A stretch of 64,000 nucleotides of DNA from Acidimicrobiales bacterium (lineage in GTDB: Bacteria; Actinomycetota; Acidimicrobiia; Acidimicrobiales; RAAP-2): assembly GCA_035534835.1 (NCBI GenBank), contig DATLRE010000053.1, forward strand, positions 523-64,522, in the 5' to 3' direction. Made by a program: the position numbers and the translations under genes. Each line of letters opens with the position of its first letter. The first letter of the stretch is position 1. The notes beneath the pieces are model-generated. The model had not been told where the DNA came from, did no database searches, and saw only the letters and a list, made by a program, of their open reading frames with translations. Of this stretch, positions 55,454-64,000 are shown piece after piece.

Positions 55454-56959
55454 CTATGCCGGCAGTGCGAATCCGGACGAGGAGACGATCCCGGGCGCAC
55501 CGGTGGGAGCGTCATCCGCCTCGACGGTCACCGGTCCAGTGGCGGCCACCCTCAGGGGCCGGAGGCCGCCCACCTGGCCGGTACCGAGGACGACCACACC
55601 CCCGGCGGGCACCTTCGTCCGGGCCAACGGCGTCCCTCCGCCCAGCGGGGTCACCGTGACGTCCACCGGGGTCTTGCCGGGGTTGGCGACAGCCAGGCTG
55701 CGTATCGACGCGCCGGTGACCGCCGGGCTGCCCGGGGCCCCCGGAGCGACGACCAGCACGGCCGAGGCAGTAGCCGTGGTCCCGCCGGCGATGCCGCCCT
55801 GCGGCGATGCGCCACCGGCCGGTGCGACCACCGTCCGGCCGACGATCACCGGGGACGGGGCCGTCACCGACAACGCGTAGGGCGAACCGAGGGGCCACCC
55901 GGCCACAGAGGAGACGGGGAACGTCACCACCGTACGAGCCGGGACGGTCACGTCGTGCGGTAGCACGGTGGCGCCGGGGAGGCTGACGGTCACCCGGGCG
56001 ACTACCGACGACGTGGCGGGATTGGCGACGTCCAGCGCCACGGTGCCTCCGGCGACCGCCGTCGTCTGGGCGAACCGCCAGGTCGTCGACGGCCCGGGGC
56101 TCCCACGCAGGAGGGCCAGGCCGGACCCGGACGGCACCGCCATCTGGTCGAGTTCGGTGGCAACCACGGCCCCGGACGTGGACTCGACGAGGGTGCCCAC
56201 CACCGGCTGGTTCTGCACGTAGGCGCCCAGGCCCTCGACCACCAACTGGCCCGGGGCCAACGCGATCCCCTGGTAGGCCTGGGGATCGAGGACGGTCCCG
56301 CTCGAGGTCAGGAACGTCACGTCGACCACGGCCGGCGCCGCAGTCGGGTTGTAGAGGGAGAGGTCGAGCAGCCCGCCGGCAGTCGACCCGCCGGCGAAGT
56401 CCCACACCGGTGACACCTGGGTCACGCACGGGGCCGTACTCCAACCCTGCGGTCCGGCGACCACGGCCGTGCCGGTGACCCCGCCGGACGCGAACGAGAA
56501 CGAGGACGCCGACGCGCCGGCCGGGAGCCCCGCCGCAGGATTGACCACGACGGACCCGAGGGCGGGGACGGTGAGTCGGGTCAGTACGGGCCCGGCCGAC
56601 TGCGTCACGGCGGATTCGAGCCCGGTGGCCGGGGAACGGGTCGTGTTCGTCAACACGACGGTCGCGGTGGCCCCCGCTCCGGCATCCGTACCCGCTCCGG
56701 TGGTGCAGAAGAACGACGAGGCGTGGGCGTCGACGGGGGCCACGGCGACGCCATCGCCCGCAGGAGGGGCCGGTAGGGCCTTCGGCGGCGGTGCCAGCGC
56801 GGACACGGTGGCGACGCCGAGGAGCACGGTGGCCACGGCGACGAGCGCCGCGGTGCGACCCGCGACGGGACGGGCCGACTCCCGACGCCGGGCCACCCGG
56901 GACAGCGTCCCGGTCGACCCCGTGCGGTCCGGTGTCCCGTCCGGATCGGGGCCGGTCAT
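55454..56959 (-). CDS. DUF5719-like secreted/anchored protein
   Basis: ATG 56959 overlaps the GT2 stop (ATGA). N-terminal anchor AALVAVATVLLGVATVSALA, then an A/G/T/V/P-rich beta-type sequence. The pairing with a large GT2 gene is the usual DUF5719 context in actinobacteria (from memory). Confidence 0.65.
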   Translation of the reverse strand: MTGPDPDGTPDRTGSTGTLSRVARRRESARPVAGRTAALVAVATVLLGVATVSALAPPPKALPAPPAGDGVAVAPVDAHASSFFCTTGAGTDAGAGATATVVLTNTTRSPATGLESAVTQSAGPVLTRLTVPALGSVVVNPAAGLPAGASASSFSFASGGVTGTAVVAGPQGWSTAPCVTQVSPVWDFAGGSTAGGLLDLSLYNPTAAPAVVDVTFLTSSGTVLDPQAYQGIALAPGQLVVEGLGAYVQNQPVVGTLVESTSGAVVATELDQMAVPSGSGLALLRGSPGPSTTWRFAQTTAVAGGTVALDVANPATSSVVARVTVSLPGATVLPHDVTVPARTVVTFPVSSVAGWPLGSPYALSVTAPSPVIVGRTVVAPAGGASPQGGIAGGTTATASAVLVVAPGAPGSPAVTGASIRSLAVANPGKTPVDVTVTPLGGGTPLARTKVPAGGVVVLGTGQVGGLRPLRVAATGPVTVEADDAPTGAPGIVSSSGFALPA

Positions 56960-59900
56960 CCGAGGACCCCGTCCTCGACCGCCCACGCATCCTCCATCGC
57001 AGCGGCGTCACGCGAGCGCCCTTGGGACCAGCTGCGGGGCCGGCCCACGCGCTCCCACTCGCGTCGGATCCGGCGACGGTCGACCAGGGCGGCCACGGCC
57101 AGGGCCCACGCCAGCACCGAGTAGGCGCCGAACACGAGCGGAAGGACGCCACCGTCGAAGCGGAGCGTGCCGGTGGTCCGGGCGTCCACCGCGTACCGAG
57201 CCGCCCACCCGAAGGCCGCCGAGCGGTGGGCAACGGTCCCCGAGGAGGACGTGAGCGTCCAGCTGCCCGACGGGGCCACCGACGCGAACACGGTCCCGGC
57301 GGCGAGTGGGCCCCGGTACGAGCGGGCGGCCACCGGGCCCGGCAGTACCGGCCGGGCGCCCGGTACCACGGCGGTGCCGGGTCCCGCGCCGAGCGGAGTG
57401 GTGACGGTGGGCGCGGTCCCGCGACCGCCGGGGACCTCGGCCCGCAGTGGCACCCAGTCGGTGTTGGCGAACACCGTGATGCCGGTCCCCGAGAGGACCG
57501 GTTGGAGGTCAAGCTGGTTCCCGAGGGCAGGGAGCAGGTCGCCGGGGACGGGATACGCGGTCGGGGACTGCTCGCCCACGATCACCGGTGCCACCGAGGT
57601 CAACACCACGACGTAGCGGACGCCGGAAGGTGCCAGCAGGCTCCCGAGGCGGTTGGTCTGGTCCGAGCGGGCCTGGTCGACGGCCGTGCCCAGCTCGGCG
57701 GCCGGGCCCGGCGACGTGGCGTTCCACAGCCACCGGGCGTCGGCGGAGCCGTTCTCCGAGGTGGCGTACGCGAGTCCGTCCCCAGCGGCCCAGCTGCCGA
57801 GGGCGAGGCTCCGGGGGTCGCCCAACCACAGCACCCGGAAGGCGCCTCCCGACGTCTTGGCGTGCATCCAGGCCACCGACTGGGAGAAGTCGTTGACCGG
57901 GAGGTCCCATCGTCCCGGCAGCGCGGACACCACGGTGGGCAGCGACGCGAGCGCCACGGCCACGACGCCGAACGCGGTGGCCACCTGCCGCCAACCGAAC
58001 TCGGCGGTTCGCAGGTCGCGTTCGAACGCGGCGACCCCGAGCCCGATCGACGCTGCGGTGGCGGCCGCCGCGGGCCCGAGGAGCACGAGGGGGTCGATGG
58101 CGAGCGCTCCGGTCCATCCGCGGCCGGTCACCCAGGCGGCGAGCCAGAAGACCAGTGCGATGGCCCAGAACCTGGCCGCCCAGCGGAACCGCACCCCGCG
58201 GGCAAGGACCAGGGGTGCCAGTCCCCCGACCAGGAATCCCCAGGCCAGGGGGGAACCGCCGATGGGACCGACGGCGAAGCGCAGGAGCGAGCTCCACGAT
58301 GCGGCGCCCGAGGTCGGCGTCGGCACACCGAACACGGCGAGCACACCGGTGCCCGACGACAGGACGCCGATCACCCAGGGGAGGCAGATGAGCAGCGCGA
58401 CGGCCGTGGATCCGAGGGCGAGCCGCACGGCCCGGCCCGTCGCCCTGCCGTCGTGGAACAGGAGCGACGACGCGACCACGGCAAGGGAGACCAGGAGCAC
58501 GACGAGGGCCGTAGCCGGGACGAACGAGATCAGCACGGCCTCGAGTACGCCGAGGGCCAGGGCACCGCCGAGCAGCCCGTGGCGCGACGCCCATGCGCCG
58601 GTCGGTGCCGGTTCGCCCGCCGACGTCGTCCCGGGTGGCAGTGGCGCCTCGACCCGGCGGACGAACGGCTCGAGCCCGGTCGACCGGAGGAGCGTGGCCA
58701 GCACCCAGGGGGCGCCGGCATAGACCACCAGGGCGCCCCACCGTCCCAGGGCCAGGGCGTTGTACGGCAGGGCCATCGCCAGGTAGGACAGTCCCGCCAC
58801 CAGCGACGCCCGCTGCGACCCGAACGGGCGCAGGAGTCGCGCCGCACCCCACGCGCCGAGGGGAAGGCACCCGAAGACCAGCACCTTCTGGGTGAGTCCC
58901 ATGGCGCCCAGGAGCACGGTGCCGAGCACCCCGGCGATGCCGAGGGCCGGAGCGGCCGGTGCCGTGGTCCCGACGCCCGACGGGTGCCAGCCGGCGAAGA
59001 ACTGGGACAGGGTGGACGACCACGACGGGAACGGGGTGAACTGGCCCAGTGCGGGGAGCTGGCCGGTCACGACGCCGCGCGAGCCGATGACCACGATCAC
59101 GGCGGCCACCGCCCAGACGGCCAGTCGGGTCCGACCGCTGACCCGGCCGGCCTCGGTGTCCTCGACCCCGGCCTCGACCTCGGCGACCTCGTCGGAAGGC
59201 ACCCCCGGGCCGGCCGCCTCGGCGGCAGCTGCCAGCTCGTCGGCGTGGGCGCCGTGGAACCCGAATTGGAAGGCGCGCCGGAGGTAGGCGGCCAGCCGCG
59301 CGCTACCGCGCACCTGCAGCACGCGGATCTCCCGGTCGCCCACGCGGCGCATGGCCCGCAGTCCGGCCCGCTGGGTGCGCAGGACGGCGAGGCGCCCGAG
59401 GTTCCAGCGCCACGCCCGCACCACGGCCCGGGCCCGGGCCCGGTTGCCCGCGAGTTCGGCGACGACGACCTCACCCACCGCCAGGACGAGGATCTGGGGC
59501 AGCACCCGGAGGAGGTGGCTGCGGGAGTAGCACTTGAGGACGGCCAGGAGCTCGTGACGGCGTTGCAGCTCCTGAAGCGTCACCGGGTGGCGCCGGGTCG
59601 CGTCCTGCCCGGTGGCTGCCGCCACGAGGGCGGGGTCGAGCGCCTGGGCCCCGGAGGCCAGCTGCTCGAGGTGGCGTACCCGGGCCTCGGGCGCCACCAG
59701 GATCCGGGCGCCGGCCACCTGGGCCCGCCAGCTCAGGTCGAGGTCCTCCCCCATGGCGACGATGGCCGGGTCGAACCCGTCGAGCTCGGCGAAGAGGTCC
59801 GCACGGACGAGGGTGCAGCCGCCGGGCGCCACGAACACGTCCCGGACGGCGTCGTGCTGGCCGTGGTCGATCTCGTGGGGCTGGACCCGCTCGACGACGG

Positions 59901-60324
59901 AGCCGCCCTTGTCGACGCTCATCCCCACGTGCACCAGGACCTCGGGGTCGTCCCAGCTCACGACCTTGGGCGACACGATCCCGGCATTCGAGCGGAATGC
60001 CTCTTCGACCATCAGGTGCACGGCATCCGGGTCGAGGGCGACATCGTCGTGGCAGAACAGGTAGTAGGCGGCACCGTCCACCATCGACCGCACCTCGTTG
60101 GCCGTCGCCCCGAACCCGCGGTTCTCGTCGAACCGACGCACGTAGGCGGACGGGAGGACGGCCGCCACCCGGGCCGCCAGGACCTCGCCGGCACCGGTGT
60201 CCAGGACCAGGACGGACAGTTCCCCGTAGTCCTGTGAGGCGATCGAGGCCAGCGCCTCCTCGAACCACGGACCGGGATCGTGGGCGACGACGACGGCGAC
60301 GACCGGCGGTGCCAGTGTTTCCAT
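56956..60324 (-). CDS. glycosyltransferase family 2 fused to a large polytopic membrane domain (1122 aa)
   Basis: N-terminal GT-A: VVAVVVAHDPGPWFEEALASIASQDY, CHDDVALDPDA, GEDLDLSWRAQ. This is followed by more than 12 hydrophobic segments and a C-terminal soluble region. Confidence 0.88.
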   Translation of the reverse strand: METLAPPVVAVVVAHDPGPWFEEALASIASQDYGELSVLVLDTGAGEVLAARVAAVLPSAYVRRFDENRGFGATANEVRSMVDGAAYYLFCHDDVALDPDAVHLMVEEAFRSNAGIVSPKVVSWDDPEVLVHVGMSVDKGGSVVERVQPHEIDHGQHDAVRDVFVAPGGCTLVRADLFAELDGFDPAIVAMGEDLDLSWRAQVAGARILVAPEARVRHLEQLASGAQALDPALVAAATGQDATRRHPVTLQELQRRHELLAVLKCYSRSHLLRVLPQILVLAVGEVVVAELAGNRARARAVVRAWRWNLGRLAVLRTQRAGLRAMRRVGDREIRVLQVRGSARLAAYLRRAFQFGFHGAHADELAAAAEAAGPGVPSDEVAEVEAGVEDTEAGRVSGRTRLAVWAVAAVIVVIGSRGVVTGQLPALGQFTPFPSWSSTLSQFFAGWHPSGVGTTAPAAPALGIAGVLGTVLLGAMGLTQKVLVFGCLPLGAWGAARLLRPFGSQRASLVAGLSYLAMALPYNALALGRWGALVVYAGAPWVLATLLRSTGLEPFVRRVEAPLPPGTTSAGEPAPTGAWASRHGLLGGALALGVLEAVLISFVPATALVVLLVSLAVVASSLLFHDGRATGRAVRLALGSTAVALLICLPWVIGVLSSGTGVLAVFGVPTPTSGAASWSSLLRFAVGPIGGSPLAWGFLVGGLAPLVLARGVRFRWAARFWAIALVFWLAAWVTGRGWTGALAIDPLVLLGPAAAATAASIGLGVAAFERDLRTAEFGWRQVATAFGVVAVALASLPTVVSALPGRWDLPVNDFSQSVAWMHAKTSGGAFRVLWLGDPRSLALGSWAAGDGLAYATSENGSADARWLWNATSPGPAAELGTAVDQARSDQTNRLGSLLAPSGVRYVVVLTSVAPVIVGEQSPTAYPVPGDLLPALGNQLDLQPVLSGTGITVFANTDWVPLRAEVPGGRGTAPTVTTPLGAGPGTAVVPGARPVLPGPVAARSYRGPLAAGTVFASVAPSGSWTLTSSSGTVAHRSAAFGWAARYAVDARTTGTLRFDGGVLPLVFGAYSVLAWALAVAALVDRRRIRREWERVGRPRSWSQGRSRDAAAMEDAWAVEDGVLG

Positions 60325-60450
60325 CAGGGGTCAGAGGCTATCGGGCCGGAGGGGGGCAACGGAGCCATCCCCGTGAGGGCGCACCCCACCCGCTCCGGAC
60401 GCGCGCGGCGCTCGCGCGGGGCCCGTCCGGACCCGTGGCCCCACCGCCCA

Positions 60451-60519
60451 CGGGCCGGGTCGGACGGGGCCCGGGGGCCGGGTCGGACGGCGCCCACGGG
60501 CCGGGTCGGACGGCGCCCG
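60451..60519. repeat. three tandem ~23-bp repeats containing GCCGGGTCGGACGG
   Basis: The core recurs at 60454-60467, 60477-60490 and 60500-60513 (period 23). A partial inverted copy lies at 60421-60440, and an adjacent hairpin CCGGACG-CGCGCG..CGCGCG-..-CGTCCGG at 60395-60430. Confidence 0.85.
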
Positions 60520-60559
60520 GACGAGGGAGCCCGTCGAGGAGCGGGTGATCCCCGGGTGC

Positions 60560-60590
60560 TTGCAACTGTTTATCATTAGGTATACAGTTG
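60560..60590 (+). promoter_or_regulatory. AT-rich promoter with operator-like inverted repeat
   Basis: TTGCAA (60560-60565), 17-nt spacer, TACAGT (60583-60588). The 7-bp inverted repeat CAACTGT (60563-60569) / ACAGTTG (60584-60590) overlaps both elements. This is the most AT-rich stretch I saw in the window, about 95 nt upstream of ATG 60683. Confidence 0.5.
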
Positions 60591-60682
60591 TATTCGAGCA
60601 CGACGGGAGGGACCGGACGCAGGAACCCGACGCCGTGCCAACCGCACGAGTACCGACCCCCCACGAACCAAGGAGCAACATC

Positions 60683-61081
60683 ATGCCGGACATCAACACC
60701 GACATCAGCAAGGCCGCCAAGGACATCGCCAACGTGGCCAAGGACGCCACCTACGTCGTCATCGGCGCCGGCGTCCTCGGCTTCCAGCAGGTTCAGGTCC
60801 AGCGGCGCGAACTCCAGGCCAAGCTGCAGGAGCCTTCCTCGCTCGCCGAGCGGGTCTCGTCGGTGCGCGGGGACCTGACCGACGCCGTCCACACCGTCGA
60901 CACCCGTGTCGAGGACCTCATGGACCGCGTCGAGGAGATCATCGAGCGGGTCGAGGCCGTCTTCGCCCCGTTCGAGGAGCGGCTGCCCGCCCAGGCCCGG
61001 GACATCACCAAGAAGGCGCACGTCCAGGCCAAGGACGCCCGCACCCAGCTGCGCAACCTGCGCCCGACCGCCGTCGCCTGA
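60683..61081 (+). CDS. small all-helical (coiled-coil/phasin-like) hypothetical protein
   Basis: ATG 60683 follows AAGGAG. 132 aa: MPDINTDISKAAKDIANVAKDATYVVIGAGVLGFQQVQVQRRELQAKLQ...DLMDRVEEIIERVEAVFAPFEERLP. The codon pattern is consistent with coding. Confidence 0.72.
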   Translation: MPDINTDISKAAKDIANVAKDATYVVIGAGVLGFQQVQVQRRELQAKLQEPSSLAERVSSVRGDLTDAVHTVDTRVEDLMDRVEEIIERVEAVFAPFEERLPAQARDITKKAHVQAKDARTQLRNLRPTAVA

Positions 61082-61184
61082 GCGACGCACGCTGTCGCCG
61101 GGACGGACTCCCCCCTCCTCCCGGCGTACCGCCGGCGACCTCCGGGTCCCGACGGAACGGACCGACCCCCTTCGGTCCCGGTCA

Positions 61185-61211
61185 GAACGGCCCGCCCCGT
61201 GCGGGCCGTTC
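61185..61211. terminator. bidirectional terminator-like hairpin between convergent genes
   Basis: Perfect 11-bp stem GAACGGCCCGC / GCGGGCCGTTC with loop CCCGT. A second hairpin GGACCG..CGGTCC lies at 61159-61178. Confidence 0.6.
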
Positions 61212-61242
61212 TCCGCGTCGGGCGACGGAGCACGGCGAAGGC

Positions 61243-62142
61243 TCAGGTCGCCGCGGCCCGCCAGTGCGCGAGGACGTCGGCCAGGGTCTGGTCCAGGGGG
61301 AGTTCGGGGGCCCACCCCGTGGCTTCCTGCAGCCGGCCCGGGTCACCCCGCAGCACGGGCACCTCGACCGGTCGCATCAGCGACGGGTCGGGTACCAGGC
61401 GCACCGTGCTCCCCGTCGCCGCCAGCAGGCGGTCGGCGATGTCCTGGATCGAGACGTCCACCCCCGAGCACACGTTGTAGACGGTGCCGGGCACCCCGGA
61501 CTCGACCAGCAGCCGGTAGGAGCGCACGACGTCGCGCACGTCGGTGAAATCGCGCCGGGCCGAGAGGTTGCCCACCGGGATCTCGGTGGCACCGGAGCGC
61601 TCGGCGTCGACGATCCGCTTCGACAGGGCTGCCACCGCGAAGTTGGGTGACTGGCCGGGCCCGATGTGGTTGAACGGCCGCACCACGACCACGTGCTGTC
61701 CGTATGCCAGCCACGCCTGCGTGCAGAGCGCCTCGGCGGCGAGTTTCGAAGCGGCGTAGGGCGTGAGCGGTGCGGTCGGCGACGACTCGGTCAGCGGTAG
61801 CTGCGCCGGGTCGGTCACGGCCCCGTAGACCTCGGCCGAGCTGGTCACGAGGACCCGGGGGTCGGTGCCGCACTCGCGGGCCGCGCCCAGCACGGCGGCC
61901 GTCCCGAGCACGTTGACCTCGAGCACCCGCAGCGGCTCGTCCCACGACTGCCCGACATGGGTCATCGCCGCCAGGTGGTAGATGGCGTCGGGGGCGGCCT
62001 CCGCTACCGCGTCCAGGAGCGCACCGGGGTCGGTGATCTCCACCTCCTGGTCGATCTGGACGACCTCCTCGCCCCGGTCACGGAGGTGCTCGGCGAGCCA
62101 CGTGCCCACGAAGCCGCGGCCACCGGTGATCAGAGAACGCAC
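61243..62142 (-). CDS. NAD-dependent sugar epimerase/dehydratase (GDP-4-keto-6-deoxymannose reductase-like)
   Basis: (M)RSLITGGRGFVG Rossmann loop, YAASK catalytic Y-x-x-x-K, RDFTDVRDVV. Alternative GTG 62151 lies 1 nt after the upstream stop. Confidence 0.86.
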   Translation of the reverse strand: MRSLITGGRGFVGTWLAEHLRDRGEEVVQIDQEVEITDPGALLDAVAEAAPDAIYHLAAMTHVGQSWDEPLRVLEVNVLGTAAVLGAARECGTDPRVLVTSSAEVYGAVTDPAQLPLTESSPTAPLTPYAASKLAAEALCTQAWLAYGQHVVVVRPFNHIGPGQSPNFAVAALSKRIVDAERSGATEIPVGNLSARRDFTDVRDVVRSYRLLVESGVPGTVYNVCSGVDVSIQDIADRLLAATGSTVRLVPDPSLMRPVEVPVLRGDPGRLQEATGWAPELPLDQTLADVLAHWRAAAT

Positions 62143-62152
62143 GACGGGCACC

Positions 62153-63361
62153 CTACCGGCTCGGCACGCCCGCCGAGTGCGCCCGGCGGTAGGCCGCCAC
62201 GTGGAGGTCCGTGCTGCGGTCCCAGGTGTGACGGCGCACGATCTCGAATCCGAGCGCACGCCGCTCGGCAGCCGCCCGGAAGTCCCCGTCACCCCCGAGG
62301 GCCGCATCGAGCGCCCCGGCCAGGTCGTCGGTGTCGCCCGGCTCCACCAGGACGGCACTGGCCCCGGCCACCTCCTCCATGGCCGTGCCACGAGTGGTCA
62401 CCAGGGGGGCCCCGCAGGCGAGGGCCTCGAGTGCCGGCAGCCCGAACCCCTCGTAGAGCGAGGGGTAGACGACGGCCGTCGCCGAACGCAGCAGCGCCGG
62501 GACGTCCTCGTCACCCACGTACCCGGTCCGGACGATCCGCCGGCCCAGTCCGGAGGCCACGACGGCCGCCTCCACGTCGTCCGCCCCCCATGCGGCCCCG
62601 CCGGCCAGCACCAGGTGGGCGTCGGGATGCCTCGAGGCCACCGCCGCAAACGCCCGGACCAGCGTGGGCACGTCCTTGCGCGGCTCGAGGGTCCCGACGA
62701 AGACCAGCAGGGGCCCGTCGCCCACCAGGCGCGCGTCGAGCGCGGCCAGGCGGGCCGCGTCCGAGCCCGGCTGTGGCTCGACGGGCCGGAACCGCTCCGT
62801 GTCCACCCCGTGCGGGACCACGGCGACCTCGGCGTCGACCCGGCACCACCGGCGCAGGGCGTCGGCCGTGACCCGGCTCGGGCACACCACCACCGCGGCC
62901 TCTCGGGCCGCCCGGGTGATGGCCCGTCGGAACAGCAGGACCTTGGAACGTTCGTGCCAACGGGGCTCGTCGAAGAAGCTCAGGTCGTGGACGGTCACCA
63001 CCGAGGGGATCGGACACCGGCGGGGCATCGTGTAGTGGGGCCCGTGGTGGACCGCCGCCCCGGACGCCGCCAACAGGGGGCCCAGCCGAAGCTGCTCCCA
63101 GGCCAGGCGGAGCGGCCGGGCCGCCGGCGCCTCGGCCACGAGGTTCCCCTCGGGAACCAGCGCCGCCCACCGGTCCCGGTCCGCGGACCGACCGAACACC
63201 ACCAGGTCGACGTCGGGACGGGCCGACAGCCCTCGGGCCAGCTGCAGGATGTAATGGCCGGCCCCGACCGGTCGGTCGGGGACCGCGGTGACGTCGAGTG
63301 CGACACGCAGCCGGGCGCGGCCGACCCGCGCGTCGTCCGGGCGGACGGCGTCACCGGGCAC
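62153..63361 (-). CDS. glycosyltransferase family 4 (GT-B)
   Basis: GTG 63361. VTVHDLSF, FVGTLEPRKD, YPSLYEGFGLPALEALACG (E-x7-E region). Confidence 0.86.
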   Translation of the reverse strand: MPGDAVRPDDARVGRARLRVALDVTAVPDRPVGAGHYILQLARGLSARPDVDLVVFGRSADRDRWAALVPEGNLVAEAPAARPLRLAWEQLRLGPLLAASGAAVHHGPHYTMPRRCPIPSVVTVHDLSFFDEPRWHERSKVLLFRRAITRAAREAAVVVCPSRVTADALRRWCRVDAEVAVVPHGVDTERFRPVEPQPGSDAARLAALDARLVGDGPLLVFVGTLEPRKDVPTLVRAFAAVASRHPDAHLVLAGGAAWGADDVEAAVVASGLGRRIVRTGYVGDEDVPALLRSATAVVYPSLYEGFGLPALEALACGAPLVTTRGTAMEEVAGASAVLVEPGDTDDLAGALDAALGGDGDFRAAAERRALGFEIVRRHTWDRSTDLHVAAYRRAHSAGVPSR

Positions 63362-64000
63362 GTGGCATCCTCCGCTCCTCCATCGCCTGTTCCCACACAT
63401 CCCGGTGCCGTCGTGCGATGGAGGACCACGTCAGCTCGGTCGACCGGGCCGCGCCCCGATGGATCAGCGCCTCGCGCAACTCCTCGTCGGTCGCCACCCG
63501 GAGGATCCCGTCGGCGATCGACCCGGTGTCGTTGGGGTCGACCTCGAACGCGGCGCCGCCCGTACTCGGCAGCGGACTGGCGACCACGGGCGTACCCACC
63601 GACATCGCCTCGACCGGGGGAAGGCCGAACCCCTCGATCAGTGGCACGTAGGCCAGGAGCCGGGCCGACGCATACAGGCCGGACAGCTCCTCGGCCGACA
63701 CCGAACCGGCATGGATGACGCCCGTGGTGGGCGCCACCTGCTCGCCCCAGCCGGACGGTCCGACCATCACCAGTGGCCACGGCTCGGGCAGGGCGTCCCG
63801 GACGGACCCGTAGGCCTCGACCAGCCGCTGGAGGTTCTTCCGCGGCTCGAGGGTCCCGACGCACAGGAGGAACGGGCCGTGGACCCCGAGCTGCGCCAGG
63901 TGTGCGGCGGCGGCGGCGGCGTCCGGCAGGGGGAGGTGGTCCGAGCCCATCGGGATCACCGCGATGCGCTCCCGGGTGGCGCCCGCCCCCACCAGGTCCT
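63351..64000 (-). CDS. glycosyltransferase family 4, C-terminal part (5' end beyond the right window edge)
   Basis: CVGTLEPRKN, YVPLIEGFGLPPVEAMSVGTPVV. The frame stays open to the window end. Confidence 0.82.
   Translation of the reverse strand, partial: DLVGAGATRERIAVIPMGSDHLPLPDAAAAAAHLAQLGVHGPFLLCVGTLEPRKNLQRLVEAYGSVRDALPEPWPLVMVGPSGWGEQVAPTTGVIHAGSVSAEELSGLYASARLLAYVPLIEGFGLPPVEAMSVGTPVVASPLPSTGGAAFEVDPNDTGSIADGILRVATDEELREALIHRGAARSTELTWSSIARRHRDVWEQAMEERRMPRAR

Noticed and set aside
60451-60519. CRISPR array
   Set aside because: There are only three contiguous 23-bp units with no unique spacers and no cas genes. This is a simple tandem repeat.

Overview
Very GC-rich (about 70% by eye, not computed) chromosomal segment with Actinomycetota-type gene content and order. 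I support about 50 protein genes, densely packed on both strands and often translationally coupled by GTGA/ATGA start-stop overlaps. Left to right: metX-metY; a secreted beta-helix lipoprotein; ahcY; enoyl-CoA hydratase; Zn-ADH; bioB plus a small Cys-rich BsaP-like ORF; VOC protein; membrane desaturase; a multiply disrupted sulfatase next to a sulfotransferase; GNAT; DUF3039; maf-dus-SDR; ABC-F; SPFH plus OB-only NfeD; an ABC-2 exporter following bioA-bioF-bioD; an archaeal-type riboflavin synthase plus P-type ATPase; purU; acyl-CoA dehydrogenase/synthetase; sugar nucleotidyltransferase; two hydrolases; the hpf-secA-prfB-ftsE-ftsX block; PGI/PMI-Trm112-PMM; a repeat-bearing cell-wall amidase; a coupled CPBP / large membrane protein / LON-N operon divergent from ftsH; and an envelope-glycan cluster (DUF5719, 1122-aa GT2-membrane fusion, small helical protein, epimerase, two GT4). 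I recognised no rRNA, tRNA, CRISPR, transposase, integrase or phage genes. The most interesting signals are: (1) a ~460-nt ORF-free, helix-rich region directly upstream of hpf, a candidate raiA-motif-like structured RNA; (2) the BsaP-like ORF overlapping the bioB stop; (3) an archaeal-type riboflavin synthase; (4) a sulfatase broken by a perfect 17-bp tandem duplication plus two 1-nt frameshifts; (5) an AT-rich promoter/operator plus 3 x 23-bp repeats in front of a small helical protein in the glycan cluster; (6) the CPBP/GT-C-like/LON-N operon. All functional calls rest on motif recognition from the translations; no database search was possible. The many very long antisense ORFs in the track are treated as GC-driven shadow frames.
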